From Bacteroidia bacterium (GTDB lineage: Bacteria > Bacteroidota > Bacteroidia > Bacteroidales > VadinHA17), in NCBI GenBank assembly GCA_026391215.1, contig JAPLDX010000018.1:1-45819 (forward strand): a stretch of DNA of 45,819 bases, read 5' to 3'. The notes below the pieces were generated by a model that worked only from the letters and a program-made list of their open reading frames with translations, was not told where the DNA came from and searched no databases. Shown here piece by piece: positions 1 through 10,309 of the stretch (the stretch's first letter is position 1; every line of letters starts with the position of its first letter). The position numbers and the translations under genes were made by a program.

Positions 1-114
1 GTTATTCTTATCAATACGGGCAGGGGTATAGTTTCCGACAAAACCGCCAAACCCCGGAACGATGACACAATCGTGGCTAAATAATAATTCCCGTATGAAA
101 GCTGTAATATCCAT
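1..114 (-). CDS. 5' part of an HU-CCDC81/SPOR-domain-type Bacteroidota protein (runs off the window edge)
   Basis: Not in the ORF track. Hand translation from the ATG at 114 gives MDITAFIRELLFSHDCVIVPGFGGFVGNYTPARIDKNN. The 'ELL..HDCVIVPGFGGF' N-terminus is typical of this family. Confidence 0.75.
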   Translation of the reverse strand, partial: MDITAFIRELLFSHDCVIVPGFGGFVGNYTPARIDKNN

Positions 115-191
115 ATTACATTTTCTCTTGTCATGACAAAAATAAGAAAAATCTTAGATATTACATCAGGGTCAGATTAAATCCGTAAAGT

Positions 192-233
192 CCTTTGCGC
201 TCTTGTGCGAACTTTGTGTTCTTTGTGGTTAAA
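192..233. repeat. Short CTTTGTG-periodic intergenic repeat (family 2, single arm)
   Basis: cctttgcgctcttgtgcgaactttgtgttctttgtggttaaa resembles 31227-31262. Confidence 0.5.
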
Positions 234-284
234 ATGAATAGCCGGAAAAATATTATCTTCGTGTTTTGTTAGATTCTGCATCTG

Positions 285-1418
285 ATGAGAGAAATATACA
301 TGGTTGACCTTAAGGCTCAGTATGAAAAGCTGGGATCAGAAATTGATGCTGCAATAAAAAATGTTCTGAATTCCACAGCTTTCATCAAAGGACCGGAGGT
401 GGGTTTATTTGAAAAAGAACTTCAGAAATACCTGGGGGTTAATTATGTCATTCCATGCGGGAACGGCACTGATGCATTACAAATCTCAATGATGGCTCTT
501 GGATTGAAACCGGGAGATGAAGTTATAACTACAAATTTTACTTTTATTGCAACCGTTGAGGTGGTCGCCTTGCTGGGTCTGAAGCTGGTTCTTGTTGATC
601 CTGATCCCTTTACTTATAATATATCACTTGAAGAAATCAAAAAAGCAATCTCTCCCAGGACAAGAGCCATAGTTCCCGTCCATCTTTTCGGACAGTGTGC
701 TGATATGGAGGGTATCATGAAAATAACCGGAGAGCATGGCATTTATGTAATAGAGGATACCGCCCAGGCAACCGGAGCTGAATATATTTTTTCAGATGGC
801 AACAGGAAAAAAGCAGGGACAATAGGAACTATCGGCACTACTTCATTTTTCCCTTCTAAAAACCTTGGATGCTACGGTGACGGGGGTGCTCTTTTCACAA
901 ATGATGAGATGCTTGCGAAGAAAATGAGAAGCATTGCCAATCACGGGATGAAAATAAAATATCATCATGATGATATCGGTGTTAATTCTAGACTGGACAC
1001 AATCCAGGCTGCGGTTCTGAATGTAAAACTGAAATATCTTGACCGTTTCAATTCTGCCAGAAAAGCCGTTGCAGATTTTTATGATGAGGCTCTTGCAGGG
1101 TGCAATTCAATAATCCTGCCTGAAAGATCAGGTTTTTCTTCACATATTTTTCATCAGTATACTATAAGGATTAAAAATGGTTTGAGAGATGAATTGAAGA
1201 AGTATCTCGAATCTGTAAAAATCCCCTCAATGATTTATTACCCGGAGCCGCTGCATGTTCAGAATGCATTTCGATATCTTGGGTATGCTGATAATGATTT
1301 TCCTGTGACATCCATGTTATGCAACGAAGTCCTTTCTCTTCCTATGCATCCTGATATGGAACAGGAACAACTTGATTATATTACACTTAACATTTTAAAA
1401 TTCTTTGAAAAACAATAG
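285..1418 (+). CDS. DegT/DnrJ/EryC1/StrS PLP aminotransferase (WbpE/WlbC/PorR-like)
   Basis: Motifs GNGTDAL, VHLFGQ, IEDTAQA and SFFPSKNLGCYGDGG (PLP Lys). First gene of a wbpE-D-B trio. Confidence 0.92.
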   Translation: MREIYMVDLKAQYEKLGSEIDAAIKNVLNSTAFIKGPEVGLFEKELQKYLGVNYVIPCGNGTDALQISMMALGLKPGDEVITTNFTFIATVEVVALLGLKLVLVDPDPFTYNISLEEIKKAISPRTRAIVPVHLFGQCADMEGIMKITGEHGIYVIEDTAQATGAEYIFSDGNRKKAGTIGTIGTTSFFPSKNLGCYGDGGALFTNDEMLAKKMRSIANHGMKIKYHHDDIGVNSRLDTIQAAVLNVKLKYLDRFNSARKAVADFYDEALAGCNSIILPERSGFSSHIFHQYTIRIKNGLRDELKKYLESVKIPSMIYYPEPLHVQNAFRYLGYADNDFPVTSMLCNEVLSLPMHPDMEQEQLDYITLNILKFFEKQ

Positions 1419-1420
1419 CT

Positions 1421-1999
1421 ATGGAGAAGGAGTATTTTGCTCATGAAACAGCCGTTATTGATGAAGGCTGCACAATCGGAAAAGGGACAAAAATATGGCA
1501 TTTCAGCCATATTATGGCCGGTGCCGAAATAGGGGAAAAATGCAATATCGGGCAAAATGTGGTAGTATCTCCCGGAGTAAAGCTCGGGCAAAATGTAAAA
1601 GTCCAGAATAATGTATCTATTTATTCCGGAGTAATCTGTGATGATGATGTTTTTCTGGGGCCTTCAATGGTTTTCACGAATGTCATCAATCCCAGAAGTG
1701 AAATAGTACGCAAAGACAGTTACATGACAACCATAGTCGAAAAAGGAGCTTCAATAGGGGCTAATGCTACAATTATTTGCGGTATTATTATTGGCAGATA
1801 TGCTTTTATTGGTGCTGGTGCTGTCGTTACAAAAGATGTTAAGCCATATTCGCTTGTGGTTGGCAATCCTGCACGGCATACAGGCTGGATGAGTGAATTC
1901 GGACATAAGCTAATCTTCGATGAAAAAGGTTTTGCCATATGCCCGGAAAGCGGCGAGAGATACCGCCTTGAACATGGCAATGTTTCTAAGATTATTTGA
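1421..1999 (+). CDS. wbpD: Hexapeptide-repeat N-acetyltransferase (WbpD/WlbB-like)
   Basis: HETAVID..IG.GTKIWHF, GPSMVFTNVINPRS and VVGNPAR motifs, plus a C-terminal CPES motif. Confidence 0.88.
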   Translation: MEKEYFAHETAVIDEGCTIGKGTKIWHFSHIMAGAEIGEKCNIGQNVVVSPGVKLGQNVKVQNNVSIYSGVICDDDVFLGPSMVFTNVINPRSEIVRKDSYMTTIVEKGASIGANATIICGIIIGRYAFIGAGAVVTKDVKPYSLVVGNPARHTGWMSEFGHKLIFDEKGFAICPESGERYRLEHGNVSKII

Positions 2000-2005
2000 T
2001 AAAAT

Positions 2006-2956
2006 ATGGATACAACTCCCAAAAATTTTGGATTGATCGGAGTGGCAGGATACATAGCTGTCCGTCATCTTAAAGCAATAAAAGATACCGGAAATAACCT
2101 GCTTGCAAGTCTTGACCGGTTTGATAGCGTCGGATTAATTGACAGTTACTTCCCGCAGAGTGATTTTTTTGTTGAATTTGAACGGTTCGACAGACATTTT
2201 GACAAGCTTAAAAGGGGCGGTACAAAGATTGATTATGTGAGTATCTGCTCACCGAATTATCTGCATGATTCCCATATCAGATTTGCTTTAAGACATCATG
2301 CTGAAGCTATATGCGAAAAGCCGATAGTACTTAATCCCTGGAATATAGATGCATTGCAGGAAATTGAGAATGAGACCGGACATAAGATCTACTCTGTGCT
2401 CCAGTTACGGCTTCATCCAAAAATAATCGAGCTAAGAAATAAGATTATGAATGGCCCCGCTGATAAGGTTTATGATGTTGACCTGACATACATTACCAGC
2501 CGGGGCAACTGGTATTACATCTCGTGGAAGGGTGACATCCAGAAATCAGGGGGTGTAGCAACCAATATCGGTGTTCACTTTTTCGACATGCTCGGCTGGA
2601 TCTTCGGAAGTACTAAAACAAATATTGTCCATATATCTGAGCCTAACAAGGCTGCCGGCTATCTTGAACTGGGAAAAGCCAGGATAAGATGGTTCCTGAG
2701 TCTTGACCATAATGATCTTCCGCCTTCTGTCGCTGCTAAAGGACAAAGAACTTACAGGACAATTCTGATAAATGATGAGGAAATTGAATTCAGTGAAGGA
2801 TTTACAGATTTGCATACACAGACGTATAAAGAGATACTTGCCGGAAGAGGCTTTGGTCTTCAGGATTCCCGCCAGTCAGTTGAAACAGCATATATTATCC
2901 GTAATGCAAAACCTGTGGGTCTGACCGGGGAATATCATCCTATGTTAAAAAAATGA
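2006..2956 (+). CDS. wbpB: Gfo/Idh/MocA oxidoreductase, UDP-GlcNAcA 3-dehydrogenase (WbpB/WlbA-like)
   Basis: GVAGYIA, CSPNYLHDSH, CEKP and SGGVATNIGVHFFD motifs. Confidence 0.9.
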   Translation: MDTTPKNFGLIGVAGYIAVRHLKAIKDTGNNLLASLDRFDSVGLIDSYFPQSDFFVEFERFDRHFDKLKRGGTKIDYVSICSPNYLHDSHIRFALRHHAEAICEKPIVLNPWNIDALQEIENETGHKIYSVLQLRLHPKIIELRNKIMNGPADKVYDVDLTYITSRGNWYYISWKGDIQKSGGVATNIGVHFFDMLGWIFGSTKTNIVHISEPNKAAGYLELGKARIRWFLSLDHNDLPPSVAAKGQRTYRTILINDEEIEFSEGFTDLHTQTYKEILAGRGFGLQDSRQSVETAYIIRNAKPVGLTGEYHPMLKK

Positions 2957-3984
2957 AAAAGAAAATTATTGTTACGGGAGGAACAGGATATATAGGTTCA
3001 CATACAGCTGTTGAACTTATTGAAAACGGGTATGAAGTTATTCTTATTGACAACCTGTATAATTCTGAAGCGATAGTCGCTGAATGGATAGGAAAAATTA
3101 CGGGAATTATGCCCCAACTGGAAATATTTGATCTTTGTGATATTAATAAACTGGATGATTTTTTTAGCAATAACAAGAACATTGCAGGAATAATTCACTT
3201 TGCAGCATATAAAGCTGTTGGTGAGTCAGTCAATAAGCCTCTTGAATATTACAGGAATAATCTTGTTTCCCTGATCAATATTCTTGATGCGATGAAACAG
3301 CACAGCATACCTGGCTTAGTTTTTTCCTCATCCTGCACTGTATACGGACAACCGGAGAAATTACCCGTGACTGAAGATGCTCCAATGCAACCGGCCATTT
3401 CCCCTTATGGGAACACTAAACAGATCGGGGAAGAAATAATCAGGGACACTGTCTCAACAGATAAGAATATCAACTCAATATCATTAAGATATTTCAATCC
3501 CATCGGCGCACATCCTTCGGCCATGATTGGTGAACTGCCCCGGGGTATCCCGGAAAATCTTGTACCGTTTATTACACAAACTGCTTACGGATTAAGGGAT
3601 GAGCTTAAGGTTTTTGGGAACGATTACAATACTCCCGATGGTACATGCATCAGGGATTATCTTCACGTGGTTGACCTGGCTAAAGCACACGTGACTGCAA
3701 TAAAGAGACTGATCGAAAAGAAAAACAGGGAAAGTTATGAAGTCTTCAACCTGGGAACAGGTAAGGGAGTCTCTGTACTTGAGGCAATTGAATCCTTTGA
3801 ACGTGTTTCGGGGAAGAAGCTGAAATATAAAATCACCGGAAGAAGAGCCGGAGATATTGAGAAGATATGGGCCGATCCATCATATGCAAATAAAGAGCTT
3901 GGCTGGAAAACTTTAAGTTCGCTGGATGACGCTATGAGAACAGCCTGGGAATGGGAAAACAATATCAGAAAGAGAAAACAATAA
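2953..3984 (+). CDS. galE: UDP-glucose 4-epimerase
   Basis: TGGTGYIGSH, HFAAYKAVGES, YGNTK, LRYFNPIGAH and DGTCIRDYLHV motifs. Confidence 0.95.
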   Translation: MKKKIIVTGGTGYIGSHTAVELIENGYEVILIDNLYNSEAIVAEWIGKITGIMPQLEIFDLCDINKLDDFFSNNKNIAGIIHFAAYKAVGESVNKPLEYYRNNLVSLINILDAMKQHSIPGLVFSSSCTVYGQPEKLPVTEDAPMQPAISPYGNTKQIGEEIIRDTVSTDKNINSISLRYFNPIGAHPSAMIGELPRGIPENLVPFITQTAYGLRDELKVFGNDYNTPDGTCIRDYLHVVDLAKAHVTAIKRLIEKKNRESYEVFNLGTGKGVSVLEAIESFERVSGKKLKYKITGRRAGDIEKIWADPSYANKELGWKTLSSLDDAMRTAWEWENNIRKRKQ

Positions 3985-3986
3985 TT

Positions 3987-5048
3987 ATGAAATCCAAAAG
4001 AGTAATTCTTATAACCGGCGGAGCAGGATTCATAGGATCTCATGTAGTGAGAACGATTGTCAGCAATTATCCTGATTACCGGATTGTGAATGCCGATAAA
4101 CTTACCTATGCCGGCAATCTTGAGAATCTTAAGGATATTGAGAATAAAGAAAACTATGTTTTTGAAAAAACTGATATTGTAGACAAAAAGGCTGTCGTTG
4201 ATCTTTTTGATAAATACCTGTTTGACGGGATAATTCATCTTGCAGCTGAATCGCATGTCGACAGGTCAATAACCGGACCAGATGAATTTGTCTTAACTAA
4301 TATTGTGGGTACCGTGAATCTTCTTAACGCTGCGCTTGCCCGCTGGAAAGGATCCTTCGATGGCAAGCTCTTTTATCATATATCCACCGATGAGGTATAT
4401 GGCTCTCTTGGCAGGGAAGGAATGTTCACAGAAGAGACGGCTTATGATCCTAAGAGCCCCTACTCTGCTTCAAAAGCCAGTTCCGATCATATGGTAAGAG
4501 CTTATAATCATACATTTGGAATACCGGTTGTAATCTCCAATTGTTCAAATAATTATGGTCCAAACCAATTTCCCGAGAAATTGATTCCGCTGGCAATAAA
4601 CAATATAAAAAACAATAAACCCGTACCCGTTTACGGGAAGGGTGAGAATATCCGCGACTGGCTCTACGTTGAGGATCATGCATCTGCAATAGATCTTATT
4701 TTCCATAACGGGAAAATCGGGGAGACATACAACATCGGAGGCAATAATGAATGGAAAAATATTGACCTGATAAGCTTGCTCTGCAGGATCATGGATAAAA
4801 AGCTTAATCGCCCTGCCGGAACTTCGGAAAAGCTGATAACATTTGTCAAGGATCGTCCGGGTCATGACCTTAGATATGCTATTGACTCGTCAAAACTTCA
4901 GAAGGAGCTTGGGTGGTCGCCGATACCGAGCTTCCAAACAGGGCTGGAAAAGACAGTTGCCTGGTATCTTTCAAACAGTAAATGGCTTGAAAATATAATC
5001 TCGGGCGATTACAGCAAGTATTATGATTCAATGTATTCCGGAAGATAA
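3987..5048 (+). CDS. rfbB: dTDP-glucose 4,6-dehydratase
   Basis: TGGAGFIGS, HLAAESHVDRSI, STDEVYG, YSASK and DRPGHD motifs. Start moved from 3951 to the ATG at 3987, just after the galE stop. Confidence 0.95.
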   Translation: MKSKRVILITGGAGFIGSHVVRTIVSNYPDYRIVNADKLTYAGNLENLKDIENKENYVFEKTDIVDKKAVVDLFDKYLFDGIIHLAAESHVDRSITGPDEFVLTNIVGTVNLLNAALARWKGSFDGKLFYHISTDEVYGSLGREGMFTEETAYDPKSPYSASKASSDHMVRAYNHTFGIPVVISNCSNNYGPNQFPEKLIPLAINNIKNNKPVPVYGKGENIRDWLYVEDHASAIDLIFHNGKIGETYNIGGNNEWKNIDLISLLCRIMDKKLNRPAGTSEKLITFVKDRPGHDLRYAIDSSKLQKELGWSPIPSFQTGLEKTVAWYLSNSKWLENIISGDYSKYYDSMYSGR

Positions 5049-5052
5049 AGCT

Positions 5053-7047
5053 TTATGATTTTATCTTCTGCAGCCTGCTGATAAGGCTGTCTCCCAGGAT
5101 TGATTTCTTCTTAATATGATCCTGGATTGCGGCAACAACAGTATTTGATTCAAATTCGCCCCTTACCTGTTCAAAATCGAGTTTTTTAATCTCGGCACCC
5201 CCGTCAATGCCAAATCCTGTCATTGATGATAAAGTAAATTCCTTATGCGCATCATCATAGAGCATTTTATCAAGATCGACCACGCTTTTCTTCCATCTTT
5301 TAACGATCCTGATTACATCGGCCACAGTGAATTTATCAACTGATTTACCTTCTTCTTCTTCGATCCTCTCACATGACCATGTCCATTCCCAGTCATAGTA
5401 AGACTTATGCATTTCCCTGAAAGAATCCTCAACATCTTCAATTTTCTTAAGCTTCCCTGATTCAATACCATCAAGAAGGTCGTCAACCGCCTGCTTCGGA
5501 GCAATGAGCCCGGCAATATCCACCCATTCTCCTGAACCCATTTTCTTATCAGGAGCAAGCCTCTTTCTTAGCGCAGCCGTTGTTTTCAGATCGTTTTTTT
5601 CAAGCCTTTTTATTAAAGAATTACCGAGGAATTTATTTATGCCAGTCTGATAAAGCTCAATTCCTCTTTCAAGGGATGCTCCTTTTATCAGCATGTTTTT
5701 ATAGGTATAGGTAGCAGAAACTTCTCCTGATAAATATTTAAGGTTACCAAGAAGATCCCTCCCTTCGAACATTTTGCGTATAGTATAGGGACTCAGCAGG
5801 TTAAAGTTGACCTGATCAATTTTCACCGGATCTTTTCTTCTGTCTCGCAACGGCCATTTCTGTGCATCCCTTATCGTACCGACGCTCCTTAGATTTATAC
5901 CAGGAACCAGTATGCTTTCATCATTGCTTTCAATGAGATATGAGAATGGAAGAGACGACGTATCCATATTCTTATAATGACGTCCCATTACCAGGGTGAA
6001 TGGTCCGATACGTGCAGGCCACAGCAGGTAGGAATCGCTGGTTGTTTTTGAACCGCGTTCCATAATACCCTGGTGGATCGGCCCGAGCTTATACATATGA
6101 TTGCTCTGGTTTGAGCCGCTTCCGGCGTTCATGAAAGAAAAGATACCTGCTATAAGAAGCGTTGATTTATGATGTGTGACAGTATATGGTCCTGCAAAAA
6201 TTGAACATGCTTCGCCATGATATCCTCCGCAATTGGCAAAGAAAAGCGAATTTTCGGCTGAATAGTGTTTCCCAAGAACGCATCCCTGGCCTATAAAACA
6301 TTTATCGATGAGGGTTGATTCGGTTATTATTGCTCCTGAACAGACAATAAAATGCTCCATTATCACTCCCGGACCTATATATACGGGATCTTCCTTGCAG
6401 CTGTTCACAGATCCTTCATTCAGGCTTACTGCGCCTTCAATGCGGCTGTACGGACCAATCTTTATATTTCTTATGTTGCTGCAGTTGAATATCCTGGAAT
6501 TCCCGCTTATTATTCCTGTATCTGATGCTACCGATTCAGAATAATCATTTATCATCTTTTCAATGATCTTTATAGCGTTGCTGCGATGACGGTACAGGGC
6601 GATTATATATGCTTCATGAGCAGAAAGGCGATCCCATATCCTGACCATTCTGCCGCCAGTTTCGTTCAGAACGGCAACAGGTGTCCCGTTACCGAATTCA
6701 GAAATGCCTTCAGTGTGTATCTTACCGCAGTTTTTAATAACAGCACCATCCTCAATATTGTAATTGGCAATATACTCACCTATATTATTAATAACCACAT
6801 TTGATCCGATTGTGCAGTTATGAAGCCGTGCATTCAGTATCCCTCCCGGTGTGCTCACACCCGACTCATCTGTGAAGGGTTTATCGAAAATGCCCAGTTT
6901 AATGTTACCGGAAAAGATTACATTTTTACATTGCAGAGGATTGAATCCTTCAAGCACAGATATTTTTCCCCAGTCTTCACAGCTGCAGCCGTTTGATATC
7001 ATTGACCGGATCTCGTCGCTTTTAATCTTCCTGTATCTTCCTCCCAT
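5053..7047 (-). CDS. DUF4954 family protein
   Basis: About 665 aa with beta-helix-like repeats. NETGGR, GEACSIFAGPYTVTHHKSTLLIAG and SNHMYKLGPIHQG are family motifs recalled from memory. Start taken at the ATG at 7047 (the track start 7098 overlaps glmS). Confidence 0.8.
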   Translation of the reverse strand: MGGRYRKIKSDEIRSMISNGCSCEDWGKISVLEGFNPLQCKNVIFSGNIKLGIFDKPFTDESGVSTPGGILNARLHNCTIGSNVVINNIGEYIANYNIEDGAVIKNCGKIHTEGISEFGNGTPVAVLNETGGRMVRIWDRLSAHEAYIIALYRHRSNAIKIIEKMINDYSESVASDTGIISGNSRIFNCSNIRNIKIGPYSRIEGAVSLNEGSVNSCKEDPVYIGPGVIMEHFIVCSGAIITESTLIDKCFIGQGCVLGKHYSAENSLFFANCGGYHGEACSIFAGPYTVTHHKSTLLIAGIFSFMNAGSGSNQSNHMYKLGPIHQGIMERGSKTTSDSYLLWPARIGPFTLVMGRHYKNMDTSSLPFSYLIESNDESILVPGINLRSVGTIRDAQKWPLRDRRKDPVKIDQVNFNLLSPYTIRKMFEGRDLLGNLKYLSGEVSATYTYKNMLIKGASLERGIELYQTGINKFLGNSLIKRLEKNDLKTTAALRKRLAPDKKMGSGEWVDIAGLIAPKQAVDDLLDGIESGKLKKIEDVEDSFREMHKSYYDWEWTWSCERIEEEEGKSVDKFTVADVIRIVKRWKKSVVDLDKMLYDDAHKEFTLSSMTGFGIDGGAEIKKLDFEQVRGEFESNTVVAAIQDHIKKKSILGDSLISRLQKIKS

Positions 7048-7072
7048 AATTATAATGTTTTGTTCAGATATT

Positions 7073-8908
7073 TTATTCAACAGTAACAGATTTGGCAAGA
7101 TTCCTTGGCTGATCTACATTACATCCCCTGAGGACAGCTATATGGTATGACAGCAGCTGAAGAGGAATTACTGCAAGAAGTGCTGAAAATACAGGCAGTG
7201 TTTCAGGAACCTCGAGCACATAATCGGCCATTTTGCTGATTATCTCATCTCCTTCTGTAACGATTGCTATCACCTTGCCTTTTCTTGCCTTAATCTCCTG
7301 AATGTTATTAATGATCTTATCATAAGTGTCGTCTTTTGTTGCCACAACGACAACCGGCATATTTTCATCAATAAGGGCAATGGGCCCGTGTTTCATTTCA
7401 GCAGCGGGATATCCTTCAGCATGTATGTAGGAGATCTCCTTCAGTTTAAGCGCTCCTTCGAGAGCAACAGGAAAAAGATATCCTCTTCCAAGGTAAATAG
7501 CATTATGAGTATCCCTGAAGATTTCTGATAGTTTTAATGTCTGGTCATTCACTTTCAGGGCTTTCTCAATTTTTTCCGGAATTGAGACAAGTTCGGTAAT
7601 GAGTTCTGTAAATACAGAATCTGAAATAATGCCTTTCAGGTGTCCTATCTCAAATGCCATCATTGCCAGGACTGTGATCTGGGTAGTAAATGCTTTTGTT
7701 GAGGCTACACCGATCTCAGGTCCTGCATGGGTATAAACTCCTGCATCGGTTTCGCGAGGGATGCTGCTTCCAACCACATTACAGATTCCCATCACCTTGG
7801 CTCCTTTTTCCTTTGCCAGCTTGACTGCAGCAAGAGTATCGGCAGTTTCACCGCTCTGGCTGATGGCAATGACAATATCACCTTTATTAATTATTGGATC
7901 CCTGTATCTGAATTCTGAAGCATATTCGACTTCAACCGGGATCCTGGTATATTCTTCAAACAGGTACTCTCCAAGAAGTCCTGCATGCCAGGAAGTACCG
8001 CAAGCTACAATGATTATCCTTTCTGATTTTGACAATGCATCCAGCACATCATGCAATCCTCCAAGCATAATACCAGAATGGTCAGGAAGCACTCTTCCTC
8101 TGAAAGTATCATGAATTGCCCTTGGCTGCTCAAATATCTCCTTCAGCATGAAATGTGCGAATCCCTCTTTGTCAATTTCTCCTATCTTAAGGTCAATTTC
8201 CGTGACTTCAGGTTTAATCATTGTACTCTTTATAGTTTTAAGAACAAGCTCATCTTTTTTAATAATAGCAATATCATCATCATTCAGATATATTACCCTT
8301 TGAGTATATTCAACAATAGGGGTGGCATCGGATGCGATGAAGTTCTCTCCATCTCCGACTCCAATAACAAGAGGACTCCCCTTTTTAGCTGCAAAGAGCC
8401 TGTCAGGTTCTTTTGTACAGATGATCACAAGTCCGTAAGCGCCTTCAACCCTGTTCAGGGCCATTGTAATTGCCTGTTCTGCAGTAAGGTCTCCCTCAAT
8501 ATAAAGATGATCCATCAGGTTTGCAAGCACTTCGGTGTCGGTCTGGCTGGTGAATTTTATCCCCCGTCCCTGGAGATGTTTTTTAAGCAGGGCATAGTTT
8601 TCAATAATGCCGTTATGGACAACAATGAAATTACCCTTGTAAGAGATCTGCGGATGTGCATTCAGTTCGTTGGGCTCTCCGTGAGTTGCCCACCTGGTAT
8701 GCCCCATCCCGGTGGTCCCGTCAAAATTTGATTTGTTTACCATCTCTTCAAGATCCATGACCCTGCCTTTACATTTGAAGATTCTGGTATCACCGTTTAC
8801 AAGCGCAAGTCCTGCGGAATCATATCCGCGGTATTCAAGGCGCTTTAATCCGTTAATAATTATCTGGCGGGCAGGCCTCGAACCAATATAACCAATAATT
8901 CCGCACAT
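7073..8908 (-). CDS. glmS: Glutamine-fructose-6-phosphate transaminase (isomerizing)
   Basis: MCGI N-terminus, LEYRGYDSAG, GHTRWATHG, SQSGET and C-terminal PRNLAKSVTVE. Confidence 0.98.
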   Translation of the reverse strand: MCGIIGYIGSRPARQIIINGLKRLEYRGYDSAGLALVNGDTRIFKCKGRVMDLEEMVNKSNFDGTTGMGHTRWATHGEPNELNAHPQISYKGNFIVVHNGIIENYALLKKHLQGRGIKFTSQTDTEVLANLMDHLYIEGDLTAEQAITMALNRVEGAYGLVIICTKEPDRLFAAKKGSPLVIGVGDGENFIASDATPIVEYTQRVIYLNDDDIAIIKKDELVLKTIKSTMIKPEVTEIDLKIGEIDKEGFAHFMLKEIFEQPRAIHDTFRGRVLPDHSGIMLGGLHDVLDALSKSERIIIVACGTSWHAGLLGEYLFEEYTRIPVEVEYASEFRYRDPIINKGDIVIAISQSGETADTLAAVKLAKEKGAKVMGICNVVGSSIPRETDAGVYTHAGPEIGVASTKAFTTQITVLAMMAFEIGHLKGIISDSVFTELITELVSIPEKIEKALKVNDQTLKLSEIFRDTHNAIYLGRGYLFPVALEGALKLKEISYIHAEGYPAAEMKHGPIALIDENMPVVVVATKDDTYDKIINNIQEIKARKGKVIAIVTEGDEIISKMADYVLEVPETLPVFSALLAVIPLQLLSYHIAVLRGCNVDQPRNLAKSVTVE

Positions 8909-8959
8909 ATGTCTGTTTTAGAAAACCGGATACGAATTTAGATAAATCGGCTGGAATAA

Positions 8960-10309
8960 TCAGAACCTGGTATAGGTTAATTCAAATTTTACGGGGAAGT
9001 TGCTGCTATTTGCCTTCAGGATTGCATTCTGAACTGAGCCTTCAGGAAGAGCCAGTTGAAATTCAGGCTTTAATGTACCTTTAGAATCATCCAGGAAATT
9101 TTGTACATATGAGGCTACATTAAAGGTATAATTCCCTGCTGTGGTATCAATCTTTCCGTCATAGAAAGACGTGCTGATACTATAATCAGGGACCAGATAT
9201 GTTTTTCCTGTATTAGTATAATATCCCATATATAAAAGTGACGGGAAAGATGCACCTATGTATGCATCTCCGTCATATTGAACAGGACAGATGATCCTCG
9301 CTTTATTTATATATATTCCTGAAAATGAAGTATCGTTCTTAATATCTTCCAGGCCCGGTAGGACAAACTTTGTGTAAACTCCGTTCAGGCATTGAACATA
9401 TGACAGCGTGTCTTTAATTCCGTCATTAATATGTACAATTTTTTTCCCGGCTTCTGCGGTGCTGTAATCATGCGAATATTTATTGAAGGCAGCATTTTTT
9501 GTTTTGGCATCCAGTATAAGATTTATTGACGAATTGACTGTATCCGCATCATGCATGTACACGGTCAGAACGTGTTTATATGTGCTAAAATTATCTGGCG
9601 GCAAAAGACTTAGCTTAATGAAGGTAGAATTTCCGGCAGATATTAGTTGGAAATACAAACCTTTAAAATAGGAACGGAAATCAGGTTCATCATCATTTTC
9701 ACTATAAAACAGCTTTGTTTTGTCGCGAATGAGATATTCTCCAAATGATGGAGGAAGATCAAGGGTTATGGTATTGACGGTATCTGATCTTAAAACAGGC
9801 AATACAGCCTCAACAGAGTATCCTGTAAGCGGGACCGGCTGGCTGGAAAAATAGGTTGAATCTTTAAATATTTCGTCTGAAATTTCTGATAATCTTATGA
9901 TGTGACCTGCAGATGTATCACCTGATACTTCTTCAAATGTAAGCATCAGCTTAACAGAATCTACTGTGTAAACCCCACTGCCTAATGTATCGTATAACCT
10001 GAGCTGAGAAACAAATTCCGTGATTGTTGTTCCAAAATAAGGATCATAAATCTGTCCCAGATATGAATATTCGGGATTATCAGATTCCAGGGAATCAGAA
10101 TACATTGTATAGGACCTGATACTTAAGGTATCTGTAGAATACATAGATATAAAATCGCTTCCCGGCAATAACTTTCTACCGATAATGGTTCCCTCTTCCT
10201 CGCATGAACTAAAAAGAACCAATATTCCGGCAATAATTGCCAGGGAAAAAGTCTTTAGATAATTAAATGATCTGCCGGATATTATTGAACTATGATAAAA
10301 TCTTGTCAT
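8960..10309 (-). CDS. DUF4270-family outer-membrane lipoprotein
   Basis: Lipobox ILVLFSSC followed by EEE, plus YLGQIYDPYFG, DSVKL, YFKGLYF and C-terminal ELTYTRF. It lies between the GT5 gene and glmS, as expected in Bacteroidota. Start uncertain (10345/10327/10309). Confidence 0.72.
   Translation of the reverse strand: MTRFYHSSIISGRSFNYLKTFSLAIIAGILVLFSSCEEEGTIIGRKLLPGSDFISMYSTDTLSIRSYTMYSDSLESDNPEYSYLGQIYDPYFGTTITEFVSQLRLYDTLGSGVYTVDSVKLMLTFEEVSGDTSAGHIIRLSEISDEIFKDSTYFSSQPVPLTGYSVEAVLPVLRSDTVNTITLDLPPSFGEYLIRDKTKLFYSENDDEPDFRSYFKGLYFQLISAGNSTFIKLSLLPPDNFSTYKHVLTVYMHDADTVNSSINLILDAKTKNAAFNKYSHDYSTAEAGKKIVHINDGIKDTLSYVQCLNGVYTKFVLPGLEDIKNDTSFSGIYINKARIICPVQYDGDAYIGASFPSLLYMGYYTNTGKTYLVPDYSISTSFYDGKIDTTAGNYTFNVASYVQNFLDDSKGTLKPEFQLALPEGSVQNAILKANSSNFPVKFELTYTRF

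Noticed and set aside
5044-5057. Palindrome ATAAAGCTTTAT at the rfbB/DUF4954 junction as a terminator or binding site
   Set aside because: It is largely formed by two convergent TAA stops 4 bp apart and is too short and AT-rich to support a call.
8909-8959. glmS ribozyme
   Set aside because: The spacer is only about 50 nt and shows no recognisable ribozyme core.
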